This document shows, piece by piece, positions 13,263 through 25,207 of a stretch of 64,000 nt of DNA. Source of the stretch: Psammoneis japonica (taxonomy: Eukaryota); the NCBI GenBank assembly GCA_008632985.1, contig QPGO01000088.1, positions 1 through 64,000 of the forward strand. The letters are read 5' to 3'. The notes under the pieces were generated by a model that saw nothing but the letters and a program-made list of their open reading frames with translations, searched no databases and was not told the DNA's origin. A program made the position numbers and the translations under genes. The stretch's first letter is position 1. Every line of letters begins with the position of its first letter.

Positions 13263-15329
13263 CTAGGTTCCTGTCACATGCCCCAAGAAAAAGCTTGCTC
13301 AAAACTGCTTCTTCTCTTGCTTGAGTTTCTGCTGCCATCAATGAAGCACTTGGAGCAGCCAGCACAAGTGATGCAGGTTTGTGATTCTTCCAAATGCTGC
13401 TGCCTTGGCCAACCATGGGAAACAACAGTGGACATTTGCTGCCCCCTCCTGCCAACAGTGCCCCACTGGGCATTCCTGGTGGTGTTGAATTGTCCAGCTG
13501 TTCAGCCACAAAACATCTGTTGTTGGGCCACCGCTCCAATGTGTCAGCTGGTGTGTGGCATTGTCCAACTTGGAAGCCATTGTGTCCACGAGCTTCCCAA
13601 AGTCCAGTGATTTTTGTTTGGTCCAACCAACTTGTTTCACTTGACTTGGGGAGGTCATGCTCTGTGCCTCAAGCTGGAAGGTAAGAACAATGCCAGAGAT
13701 CATTGCAACACAACAACCAGAGTTTGGTCAACACATCCACTGGCTTGCCCCTCTGTCAATTTCAAAAACAGACTTTTTCTGCCTTGCTCTGTTGAAAGAT
13801 TGCCAGAGAGTCATTCTGTTGCAGAAGATTGTCGCCATCCAGGCCTGGAGTTTGTGCCTGGGTCATCATGATGTTGTTGGCCTCACAGCACAAACATGTG
13901 GTGGAATGACTGCTTTTGCTGCATGCAGAGAGGGCTGGAACAAAGCTTTGAGGACACGCTCCAGCCCCAGGTGGGGCTGCATGTGACATTGGCCTGCAGA
14001 ACTCTGCATGCAAGCTCCACAGAACCACACATTGGCCAATGGATGATGAGGAGCAAGTGGCTGTTCCTGAACCCAAGCCAGAGCCAAAACCTGCAAAGGA
14101 AGAGACAAAAGAGAAAAAGAAAGATGAGGAGTCTGGTGGAGAATGGGTGACGAATCGTCCGGTGCCAAGCGGGGTGTGGATTTGGATGACGAGGGTGACA
14201 AATCTCAAAATGGCAGAAATGGAAAACAAGGATGAGAACAACATGATCTCAATGGAAAAGAAGAAAAAGCAAAAGCAACTTCATCAAATGGGAGTCAAAT
14301 GCAAAATGTGAAGCTGAAGAAGCCGAACGGCTTTCTAAATTCAGGCAGAACAAGAAGAGGTGAACTGCAGCAACGTGAGGAGGGACAAAAGACGCGATTG
14401 GAATGAGAAAAGGCCAACTTGATGGCCCAATCCCAGGATGATTGCACTGCCCAATTGTTGTTGTCATGGGTCACATCCGCTGGACAAAATTCGAAAGACC
14501 AATGCACAATGTGGCAAAGCTGGTGGTGTCACTCAGCAATCTGGAGCAACACACTTTGAGCACTCGACTCTCATCCGCCAAATTGCCTGGCTCTCTGTGA
14601 AATGGAAAGTTTGACAATTGACTTCTGGGAATGCTGGTGATTGACACCAACACTCAACATTCCAGACCATGGACTCCAAACCATGGGTCGCTCACCAATC
14701 CTTTCCCGCGGATCATCCCTTTGTGATGTTTCTGTTCTGGTTGTGATCACATGCACAGTTTGGAGCAGCAGACCATCACAAGTCTCGCCATGTTGTGCAG
14801 GCAAAACAGTTTTTGGTTGCAGCATTGAACAAGGTGGACAGGTGTCATGCTTGGAAACCATGCAAAGATGTGTCAGACAGTGCAGAGACCACTGGGTTCA
14901 CTTTACTTGAGACAGGATGTCATTTACATCGACGTTGTCGAATGCCACACTAAATTGGGTTTGGCATGCCTTGTGCAACATTTGGCATGAATGACCTGTT
15001 AAAAAAGGCAGATCCAAAATGTTGTTCCTGCGGAATTCCACATGTTTTCCAGCACAAATCATGGTCTCACATGTCTGAGGCCAGGGTCACATTTAGACCC
15101 AAATGCCTCTCCCTCTTCCGGATGTGTCATGGAAAGCCGCTTCAGGTTGTTTGAATGATTTCACCACCAGACACTTTCATTTGAGCATGTTTTGGCTCCT
15201 TGTCTGCTCAGGTGCAAAATGACTGGTTCCATGCATTGTTGCGGGTCACTGAAAACCTGGTCTCACTGTGTGCGCCGATGCTGTCAAGCCGAGGGTGCGA
15301 TTTGCAGTCATTCTGCAAAGCAAACAAGT

Positions 15330-16450
15330 TCAGCTGCAGGAAGAGCAAACATCAACTCAAAGTTGCACTGGAAAACCCTTCCACCCCTTCCATCTTTGCT
15401 GACAAGCCTTTGTCTTCACTCTCTCTCCCAATCTTCTCCACCAACCGACTTCCATCACACCTTTTCGCACTCCTTCTCCTCCACAAGCTCCGCCTCTCCC
15501 AACAATCTCCTCCACTTTGCTCCAACACAACTGCCCGTGGTCATGCCTGCCCCAACCCTCTTGCAGAGAGCACGCCTTTGCATGCTCCAAAATGCATGAA
15601 AGTCCACTGTCCAACTGCACCCCCGCGACACCGTTTGTGCCATCATCAAAACTCTGGGCCCCCTTTGTGGCCTGTGTCTCTCCCGCCAACAAGTCTGCCT
15701 TGACCAGCTGGACTCCTGGCTGACCAACCCCTCAAATGCCCTGCCAATGTTGGCGTGCAACTCACTCCTGGCTCTGCACCACCCAACACTCCATCTGCTC
15801 ACCACTTCTTGGCCATTGACATCACCGCACCACCAGCTCCCCGCTTCCTGCACCTGGTTTGCCTGTCCCTAAAACCCATCAGACAAGGTTTGCCTCAGCA
15901 GCACATGGGACAAGCTTCTTGGTTGCTCTGCACCATCTGCCCCCAGCTCTGATGTCATCAACCATCAGCCAAGCTGGGCTCTTCCTCCTCCCTTTTGCAC
16001 TCGACCACCTCCTCTCAGCGGCATTGGGCGCCATTTTCACGTCTTTTTTTTCAACACCTCCGCTGCAACATCTGCCTCCGTTCCCACCCCTTCCTCCCAA
16101 ACTCCCTGGACAAACCCATTCTCCTTCTCCAACTCTCAACAAGCACCCTTCTCTGCTTTCGCCAACTCGCTGCTCGCCCCTTCGACCTCCTCGCCGCTCC
16201 AACACGGCCTGGAAACAACTTTCCCCGGACCGCTTTGGCTCCTCTCATCACACCGCCACACCTCAACTTTGGGCCTCTCAAATCCCTAGCCTCAACTTCA
16301 GCTGTGCTCTCTCCATCATCTCTCCACATGCCGAGCTCTGCTGGCTACTTCACCATCCTGCCCTTGCTGACAACTCCTCACTTCGACCGTCTGTCCGCAC
16401 TTTGGGCCCACCCTTTTTCTCTCCATCCCCAAGCGCGCTTGCCGTGCTCT
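15330..16450 (+). mobile_element. 3-prime remnant of a non-LTR retrotransposon with restriction-like endonuclease (CRE-like)
   Basis: C-rich strand; CCHC-like segment (..HAFACSK..LSNC); tgc cct gcc aat gtt ggc gtg caa reverts by CpG restoration to RPADVGVR, followed by HFLAIDIT (PD..D core) and LLPFALDH. Clade is an inference from remembered motifs. Confidence 0.55.
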
Positions 16451-16453
16451 CTA

Positions 16454-16484
16454 CCGAGAGAGCCGAGAGCCGAGAGCCGAGAGC
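16454..16484. repeat. Heptamer tandem array (CCGAGAG)~4
   Basis: ccgagagagccgagagccgagagccgagagc seen directly. Confidence 0.85.
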
Positions 16485-16564
16485 ATGACTCTATGCATTC
16501 TAAAAAATAAAGAAAATGGGAGACAGTATGTAGTGGGAGACGAGGATTGCCCACAAATTCAGAC

Positions 16565-17800
16565 TTTGTCCCGCTCGTACCAGCATCGGCCGTGACGAGA
16601 TAGCGAGTTAAAGATTCCTGACGCTACTTTGTTAAACTGCTCAACGCAAGCTACTGAAGAAAATCAATGTGGTGCGCCAACTTGCAGCCTGCCGTATTGG
16701 AAGTAAAAGCAATCGACGGATTATGTATGACTGTAGATGCTCTGGTGTTGAATGGTTGCGTACTACAGGAGGGCGACAAGGCCTTGTTTCGTACCCTGGA
16801 CGGTCCGATTGTTACCGAAATCCGAGGCGTGCGGACGCCACCACCAAGCTGAGAAATGAGGATAAAAATTGATTACATTGATCATGAAGAAATCAAGGGG
16901 GTGTTTGGTGTCAAGATTATTGAAAATGGACTCGAGAAGGTCATGGCCGGAACCCGGTAATGGTAAGTTATCGATAGTCCTGCGCGTCGGACTCATCGAT
17001 TGTTCTTTCAATTGTTGGAGAAGATTACGAGGAGGAAATATCAAGGTGGAGGTCAAATCTTATTTGACTGCACTCGAAGACAAGTTGAGTACAGACCGAA
17101 AGGGAGTGACGGTCCAAGCCTCAAACTTGGGTTCACTCGAAGAGCTCCTGCAGAAACAAACCCGCCACTGTCCCGAGTACTGTAACGATTGAGCGCGAGG
17201 CCCGAGAACTTGCCATTGAGATGAGAGTCCGAATTGTAACCGCCGACATTATCTCCCACTTGTTTGATCAATTCACAAGGTTCATTGACGAACTAGCGGG
17301 CCGTAGACGGGAAGAGGCAGCAGCGTAAGTGGCAGCCACGTGCTTTGTTGTGTAAGAGTTGTTGCAGGTAGGTCTGTACTTGATTGGCTCACTTGCTTTG
17401 TCTTTCTTTCCCTAATCGTGCCGCCGTGTTTCCCAACATTATCAAGGTTCTGCCTCAACACATTTTCAACCAAAAGGATCCAATCATTGTTGGTGTTGAA
17501 GTTACGGAAGGTATTCTGAAGTCTGTTCTCCATTGTGTATCCTAGCCTTGGGAGGACTACAAATCGGAAAAGTAACCTCCATTGAGAGCAACGGCAAGGA
17601 ACAAGATACCGCTCGCAAGGGATCGTCCGTGCGTGGCCATTAAGATTGTCAATGAAGAAAATCCCAATGTTCAATACGGGCGTCAATTCGATTCGTCTCA
17701 CAGCCTCTATTCGACCCTGACACGTGTATCAATCGACGCGCTCAAGGCCAACTCCAAGACAAGCTTGAGAATTCAGATTGAAGACTTGTTGTTCAGCTGA
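16565..17800 (+). pseudogene. eIF5B: Translation initiation factor eIF5B C-terminal pseudogene
   Basis: LQPAVLEVKAIDGLCMTVDALVLNG...GPIVTEIR, GVTVQASNLGSLEELL, HIFNQKDPIIVGVEV and VAIKI..YGRQFD..LYSTLTRVSIDALK match eIF5B domains II-IV. Contains in-frame stops and frameshifts and lacks the N-terminus. Confidence 0.85.
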
Positions 17801-19140
17801 AAAAATGCATTCGTCATTATCTAGCCAGTTGAGGATAAACGGAGCTTGGTACCGTCACATAAAGAATAAACCTACGAATTTCGATCTATTTTAGTATTGA
17901 GATGGCTCGAACAACCCCCCAGTGGCTTTGTCGACGGCGTTCTTCTCTCGCTCCGCCAGTATGGCAGAGCACTCGTAACTCCCTAACAACAAGTGAACAC
18001 GACAAATCCATAAAGTAGGCGATCAGCGCCGGAATATCGGTAGTCCATCACACATCGACGACAAGCCTTGGGGCATACCGAAACGAATACCCCCAGCGTG
18101 GACCCCAGAGGCTAGGAAGTATGCAACGACATCGCATGCGCCACTACCGTCGTAGTAGTCCATTGACATACGTACGGAATAAATTACACGCAAATAAAGA
18201 TTGCTATAATGTACTTTTAGTCTTTCTATTTCTATTATAAAGGTTCAAAGTGTGTTTCGAATATTTGAAACACGCCAATATCAGAAGTTGATAGAATCGG
18301 TCGCGTAGGATAACATTGCCTCAAGAGCGCCATCAAAAGATGGCGTTCAAGCTTTTTCTTATTTTCGGGGTGGAAAACCATCCCAAAAAAAAAGAAAAAG
18401 GGGGGACGTACTACGGAGACAACAAGAGAACTTGCGAGTCAACCGCGTTCTAAATCAACACTCCCTACGAGTGAAGACTTACCGTATCATGTCATACTGA
18501 TACGACGGAACCCCAAACCCGCGTTCCGTCAACGGTATGATCTGCTTGGCGAGCTTTTGCTGCTTCACAGACGAACGCTGCTGTCTGTTTCAACAGCCGT
18601 GACCTGACGGGTCAAGCGAACAGGCAACTTCCTACGCTCAAAGACACGAGAGTGACATGGACTCAAGGCCGGAGAGACGCATTCGATTTGCCCCGACCTC
18701 TGGACTTAACTGGCAACACCTACGCCACCTAGAGACAACAAGCCATCAAGCAAAATGAGTTGTGGAATGCCAAACGAGAGCGAGTGCTCAATCCAGAGGA
18801 AGGGCGAGCCATCCTTGGCGATTACGGCATTCAGGCTTGGCAAACCACAAGCACATCGTGCGAGACGACGAGTTGTGAGCGAAAATCGAGCGCGAAAGAA
18901 TTTCCGAGAGATTTTGTTTGTGTCATGACCGTTGCTAAATTTCTCAATCACTATCACTTTTGTGTACCTTTGTAGAATTAATACCATGACTCCGTATGTA
19001 GAACATTGGTTGGAAGTTGGTACTTTCAAGATCATTACTAATTCCAACGTGCGCTTTACGGCCGCCATCCATACAAAACGCAAAAAAACTGCCGCCTCGG
19101 CTGACGTCTTCGTTGTCGAGGTCCGAGCTCCATAATTCCG

Positions 19141-19181
19141 CCGAGTGCCGAGTGCCGAGTGCCGAGTGCCGAGTGCCGAGT
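19141..19181. repeat. Heptamer tandem array (CCGAGTG)~6
   Basis: ccgagtg repeated from 19141 to 19181. Confidence 0.95.
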
Positions 19182-19234
19182 CGAGACCGAGACAACAACA
19201 GCCTCAAGCCAACATACGGCAAGCGGTGTTGACC

Positions 19235-20099
19235 ATGGAAACTCCACTGCTTGCTCCAGACGACGGAGAAACGCAGCATTCTCTTTCCAATGGCCATCTA
19301 AGTCAAAAGAGTGGCGAAAATGAAGGCCTCCTGTCCCGTATTTCAGGTCGTTGCGACACAGACATTCCAGTGCAACAACCAGAACAACTCGTGACTGAGG
19401 CAGGTGAAGATCCAGGCAGCAAGTCCTTCTTCATATTTGCCTCAGGGTCGCTTATAGAAGTAGTGATTCACGTTGGCTTTGTTTTGGGCTCCTATCTGGT
19501 CTCGTCATGGTCGGATACGTATGTGTTTGTGTAAAGGTATCGTGGTTGGTTTCAACGGTCGAGTCTTTGGTGCAGTCGATTGATCTGGGCACGTGCATGT
19601 CTGTCCTTTTTCAGGCGAAGCAGTACTTGCATGTTCCTTTATTTGCGTTCGCCGGTCTGATATTTCCAGTATTAGCAATGACGGTTCACTCGGCTCGTAT
19701 TATTCAACACCAGTTGGACTTGAATGTCAAAACGGGGGAAGACAGTTTCGATGGTTGGAACTCAGCTTGAGATTCTCGCTCCTTGCGGCGTATGCCCTGT
19801 CTTTCTTGGACTTGTCAACTACGTTTGAGTTGCCGTGGACAGGTGTCAATATTGCTGTCGCAAGTCGTTGGAGGGGTGGACTTGTAGCATTCATGGGAGG
19901 CACGAGTGCTTCAATTCTAGTGGTTACGCTGTTTCGGAGGCGGGAAGCTCTCGGTTTTCAGAATCATCGTTCAGGCGATGAGAATGATGGAAGGAATCGG
20001 AAGAGTACTCCAAGCAAGAGGCGACGTTTCTTAGCATGGGAGCTTGGGGTGATGGCCTTGTTCTTGTTGGCACCAGCAGCTACGCACGGACACGATTGA
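19235..20099 (+). pseudogene. Frameshifted multi-pass membrane protein remnant (possibly PqiA-like)
   Basis: METPLLAP... start, then hydrophobic helices spread over three frames (19145-19534, 19507-19770, 19593-20099). Family guess is weak. Confidence 0.35.
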
Positions 20100-20859
20100 G
20101 TCGTACCATGCGATCTACCCCCACTCCATTCATCATGAATACTGCATCGACCGACTCAGACGCGTCGTTGTTGTAAATACGTGCTGTGATTGGGGTCACC
20201 TCTTTGTGGAAACACATTGATAGTAACATACTCGTTCCTTCAGTTTATCGAAAGGCTGATTGTACGCAAGTCTCGAAAGACACGGGACGCTAAGAACGGT
20301 TGAACCCAGTACCGTGAGGTGTTAGCAGGTGTGCTGGATAATGGTTGGCGGCCCCGCCTGTGTGATCTGTTTGTTTCAGCGGACACCTTGCAGCTACTAT
20401 CATAGACTATGGAGGTAAATCCCGACACATGCGATTGGTCTCGCGCTGCTTTGGAATCGGCGGCTCAGGCGAAAGAAGCTCTCAAGGCGTCTTTGGGCAT
20501 GAACGGCGCTAGTGACTCGCTACTTACTCAGGAGTAAAAGAAACCACCTCCAGTGAACCGAACAGATCTACGCCAAGCCAAAACGGTCCCAGCAACATGG
20601 CTAAAATTATAGAGACAGCGAACCGAGTAAGTGGCACTAACAACCATCACGAGAAGTGTCTATCCGCCGTGCCCATCACGACATCAACACATCGAGGCGT
20701 ACTGTCGACACAAAGGTAGTACGCGAATCGCAGTCTTTGGATCAGGCGCATTGCGAGAGGAAAACATATAAGTATGGGTTCATCATCAACATGGGTGATC
20801 AGGGAAATCAGTTTGACGACATGGAATCGGAACGGATTCCCACGTTTGCAGAAGCGCAC

Positions 20860-21510
20860 AGAACCGAGCGCCGGAAACAAATATGGAATGACTTACTCTC
20901 GTCTTGGAATAAGAAGACAATAAAAAGGGAAAATAACGACCGAAGCGTCTTCGCAAGGGAGTACCAGACAGTTTGAGGGGAACAGTGTGGTATCATCTGG
21001 CCAATGTTCCACACAAGATCAACGTAGAGAAGAAGGGGTATTATGATAAGTTGGTGCTCGAGGCAACGAGACACTCGTTTGGCGAAGAGGAAGACTATGG
21101 AAATGAGCAAACGAGTGAGCTGGAGGATGCCAATGCGACCATCCAAAAGAGCTTTAGGGCCACGCATCATACGATTGAACGGGACATACACCGGACATTC
21201 CCACGCCATCACCTATTTCAACAAGATGCAGATGCCGAGGACTCTGACGATGATATTCTTTCGGGCTTGTGCGATGCTGAAGTATTATCTTCTTGGATTG
21301 CTAAACTCGAAAAGCATGACGCTGTAGAAGAGCTAAGGAATTACGACGTCACGCCGATCAACGCCGCTCTAGTAGCACGTGGTGGACAAACATAACTGCG
21401 CGAGTCCTTACACGACACCGAGGTGGGGTTTTTCAAGGAATAAACTTTATTGCTGCCACTTTTCACACCTCTTTGTCCGAAGAGGAAGCATTCTGGTTAT
21501 TAGTCGGTAT
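20860..21510 (+). pseudogene. Rab-GAP TBC-domain pseudogene
   Basis: LRGTVW, IERDIHRTFPRH (IxxDxxRT), GGQ*LR, then after a frameshift QGINFIAA..SEEEAFWLLV. Internal stop and deletions. Confidence 0.8.
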
Positions 21511-23092
21511 ATCAGTGTTCGTTACTTTGCGCTGTTTCCGACGCGTTGTTTCTTACTACATATGTTTTTTCCTTCTCAAACCAACTCGTGGAGGATCATA
21601 GTTTTTGTCTGCACGAACCGATTGCCACCGACAAGTTGGCCAAGTTGCAGATGGCGTGTGCTGGGGCCTATTATCAAGAGACATCATTAGGAAGCATTGT
21701 CGATGGAAAAGTGGTGAAGAAATTGGCAGAAGAGTTGTTAGGCTATTGGAACCGCAAGGGACTGTCAGTATTTGGCAAGTGGTTCGAGGATAATTTTCCG
21801 CTCTTGCCTGCCACCATGTCCACCTTTTGTCATAAACTGCACTTTCACAGCCACCCGTATCCTGAGCCAGGACTATATATGTCCCTTCTTGGAGCATCAC
21901 AGTTACATTTTCGTGGATTAGACTAGTAGGCTCCACTCTTGTTTGCCTTGTCTTGTACGTCCCTCCATGTCATGGTAAGTTTACTACCGGTACCGAAGCG
22001 AGCCGTGGACGATGCGGCTTTCACGTGTACCGTACGCGGAAATACGGAGATGATGCGATCCCGCAGTCAGCATGACGGGACGACTCGGCTTCACCTTTCC
22101 CTTTGGATTCTTTGAAAAACACCATGAGAGCCGCGGTTTTGCTAGAGGGTCGAAGAATGTGATCCGTGACAAAGTTGATCAGATTTGCATCTTCTGGCTT
22201 CTACCTGGGCAGCTGCGCAGACTGAGAAGACAATGTCAGAGTTTCTGTAGTCCAATTGAGTTTACCGGTATTGCTCGCACTTGACACTTTGTTTTAGATT
22301 GGAGAGCTACTGGTTTTGGGAATACCTCTTATGCAAGAAAATGGATTCGCACTAACAATCCTTGGCTCCTACTATGCATGCTGATTTTGCAAGTCCGGGA
22401 GAGAGAGCTGATCTTGGAGTCGTTCACTTCTTTCTGAGCGTATCAACCGCACGCTTTGGTGTTCAAAATAACTTCTGGCAACTCTGGGTACTTTTCACTT
22501 TGGTTCGTCGCGTGGCTTTTTCGGGTTGCATCTGGAGAGCAACCGTGAACTATCTATCTGCTTTATCTGCTTTCTGGTGCTGTTTTAAGTGGTGCGACTC
22601 GTTGCTCAGGTTCGTCAAAAGAGAAGGCGACAAATCATGTTTTTGAGTAGTACCCAATCTTAAGGGAACAAATGATATGGGTTTATTTATCATTGAGTTT
22701 TTGATTGAACCAGCGGTAATAACCAAGGTTTGCGAACTCGTTGACGAAGACGAAACAGCCGCTTTCGACGAGACAAAGTGTCTACGGTGTTCAAGTATCC
22801 CCTGTTTTCATGAGCTCGTTGTCCGCTTGAAAGGGGTCGAAAAGTTCCCTCGTCCCCGTCACTGATCGTCGAGGCGAAGCTAACTACTGTAGGTATTTGT
22901 TTCAAGAACGAAAAAAAGTAATTGCCATTCGATAGGCATGAACGAATATCAGTAGTAACGGATTTTTGAACCAACAAGGAAAACCTGCAAAGTTGATATC
23001 TAGAGTAGTAAGCTGAACGTAAGTTATTTTGCGTTTCCATCAGTCACGGCACCGATACTAGACACTTCCTTTAAAAGGCTAGAAATGAGTTG

Positions 23093-25033
23093 CTACGATT
23101 CATGCTGTAGCAACACTTCGCCTCGTAGGAGAAGCTTTGGAACGCTTCGAACCTCATCTCCTGCGTGTGGACAAGAATGGGGGAAAACCAGCAGCCGGCC
23201 ACGACGTGGCACTACCTTGGCTAGAATTTTCTCCCTCCCAGACAGTTCTTCTAGCAGTGTCGTTGCACCTCCATGTTTGCAGTCGTGGAGGTAGAGAATG
23301 AAAGTGTGTGAACTCCGTTTTGCATTGTGATTGACTCGAAATAGATCCACATGAGGAGCCAGAACCCCGCCTGCATGAGCGTAATTCAAGAACCTCATGT
23401 GTACAAAAACTACCGGATGCGTGTCGCTTTTACATTTAATTGCACTTGCAATCAAGCGGCATATTGTACCCTCTGAATCACAAAAGTATGACCTTGTTGA
23501 ACATTCCAGAATCCCTTTCTTCTTCCTTTTGTCGGTTTGCGCAACGGGAATGGTCCGAAACAAACCAATCAAACTATCAATAGCCAAGGATGATAGAGCA
23601 TTGTCAATATAAAAGGCGCCAGCCCCAGGGTGGTCTCGAGCTGGATCAATTAACGTTGTAAGTACCATATGGTTGGCGAGGTCGCCTTCGTCTTGCAGCA
23701 AGTGTGGGAAATTCATAGTATTTTCATTCGTGTCCTCCGGAAACACCTGGTGTTGTTCCAAGAGTTCAGTCACTCTGACATGTCCCTGTCGTTTGGCTAT
23801 CCTCAGTGCGGTGGATCCGCCATTAGCTCCAACAGTGGTGGCAGCACCGTAATGAAGCAGCACTTCAAGCAGTTGAACGTACCCTCGCCAGGCTGCAATG
23901 TACAAGGCAGTTTGTCCGTATTCATTTTTCATGTTGATATCAATACCAGCGACAAGGCATCCACGAACATGATGTAGGGCGTTTCTTTCCGCAAACGTAA
24001 ACCACTTGTCGCGACGCACATCTTGTGAATTCCCCAAGCTCGATAACACGGCCTCGCTCCAACTGGAGCACAAAGCTCCATTCTTGGTCCTTTTCTTCTT
24101 TGGTCGCGCCTTCAATTCTTTGGAGTTGAGTGGAAGTGATTCGAACCTATCCAACGAAGCTTGACGGCGACAAGCTGGAGAATCTTCAACTAAAGCTGGG
24201 GCTCCAAGCCGAGAGCAAGGAGATGCATGGCACACTGGACACAAGACAACGTCTCCTTGCCGCTCGTCAACATTATCGAGAATATCCTCCCATAGGCAAG
24301 ACTCGCAAAAGACATGATTGCAGTCTTCGTGATACGACATGTATGACATGGAAGTACAGTGACAAAGTGGGCATTCACCGGCATTGACCTGACTATAGCT
24401 TCGATGCATCAGTAGTCCGCATCGTCTCATGTCTACAACCCGTTTGAAAATATAACTTGACAATGATAGAGGGAAAACGTCAAAGAATCTCTTGAGTAGT
24501 CGGGACGTGATATTTTGTGAACGGCAACTCCTGTGTTCCTGTTGCCTTGATTCTTCTTGCGACAGCGTCCCTCGTATGGTTGGATCCAAGCCTCCCATCA
24601 AAAGAGACCCTATGATTCGATATTCGCCCAAAAAAGCCGCATATTCCATGAATGTGCAACTCTCCAAGGTATTGACACATTTCAACACGTCAATAGCTTC
24701 TTGCTTCCCAAAACGGGAAGTACAAAGCGTTGTAATTTTGTAAGTTGATAGCAAGTCTGTTGGAACGGGTCGCCGCAGCAGATCGTAATTGTTTTCAAGC
24801 ACAGAGAGCGAAAAGGAAGATCCTGAGCCAGCTTCGATACGACGAAGGAAATACTTGATTTTCTCGACCTCATGTGGTGCAAGTTGGTCATTAGCTGACA
24901 AACGCTCATTCTCGTCTTCCGGTGAAGACTCATCTCCAACAGTGAGCGCAGCTACGCGCTCGCGAATCGAGAAACGAGCCTTTAGACGCTCACGCCCTCG
25001 AGCTGTATTCCAGCAGCTATTACTACTACTCAT
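23093..25033 (-). CDS. RING finger + ankyrin repeats + 2OG-Fe(II) oxygenase protein
   Basis: Intact ORF of ~646 aa from the ATG at 25033. RING: CPLC..CNHVFCESC..CPVC. Ankyrin: NEYGQTALYIAAWRGY, GGSTALRIA. P4H-like 2OG core: PHVD..HTFILYL..GGAT..PRRGRLLVFPH..HAG..KLLLRGE. Confidence 0.85.
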   Translation of the reverse strand: MSSSNSCWNTARGRERLKARFSIRERVAALTVGDESSPEDENERLSANDQLAPHEVEKIKYFLRRIEAGSGSSFSLSVLENNYDLLRRPVPTDLLSTYKITTLCTSRFGKQEAIDVLKCVNTLESCTFMEYAAFLGEYRIIGSLLMGGLDPTIRGTLSQEESRQQEHRSCRSQNITSRLLKRFFDVFPLSLSSYIFKRVVDMRRCGLLMHRSYSQVNAGECPLCHCTSMSYMSYHEDCNHVFCESCLWEDILDNVDERQGDVVLCPVCHASPCSRLGAPALVEDSPACRRQASLDRFESLPLNSKELKARPKKKRTKNGALCSSWSEAVLSSLGNSQDVRRDKWFTFAERNALHHVRGCLVAGIDINMKNEYGQTALYIAAWRGYVQLLEVLLHYGAATTVGANGGSTALRIAKRQGHVRVTELLEQHQVFPEDTNENTMNFPHLLQDEGDLANHMVLTTLIDPARDHPGAGAFYIDNALSSLAIDSLIGLFRTIPVAQTDKRKKKGILECSTRSYFCDSEGTICRLIASAIKCKSDTHPVVFVHMRFLNYAHAGGVLAPHVDLFRVNHNAKRSSHTFILYLHDCKHGGATTLLEELSGREKILAKVVPRRGRLLVFPHSCPHAGDEVRSVPKLLLRGEVLLQHES

Positions 25034-25207
25034 TCTTGAAGTGAGCACTCATCCGATTGACAGGGTTCAATCCGGTGTTGATAAATCTCTCTTGAGTTAG
25101 CAGTTTGGGCAGGATTCAGGCTCTACTACGGTACTAGAGCTAGGCAAGAAAAAAGAAACATTGCTCAATACATACACTGTACACAGTAACGAAGCTGATG
25201 TGAAGAG

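Larger units (their letters stand above)
2005..16300. other. Hypermutated repeat/cargo block 1 (TpA- and CpG-depleted, TpG/CpA-rich)
   Basis: Hand count in 12001-12600: 0 TpA and 2 CpG in 600 nt, versus 8 TpA and 14 CpG in 300 nt of genic DNA (23101-23400). ORFs are fragmented, nearly Tyr-free and Cys/His/Gln-rich. Edges are approximate. Confidence 0.9.

Noticed and set aside
2005..16300. Fungal-type RIP as the cause of the skew
   Set aside because: RIP raises TpA and AT content; here TpA is removed and CpA/TpG are gained.
1998..16535. CACTA element: CACTA at 2001 (also at 39694) and TAGTG at 16531
   Set aside because: The match is only 5-8 bp, the flanks GCA/GGA are not a TSD, and no partner end was found for 39694. 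The shared AGCACACTA at both block starts may be chance.
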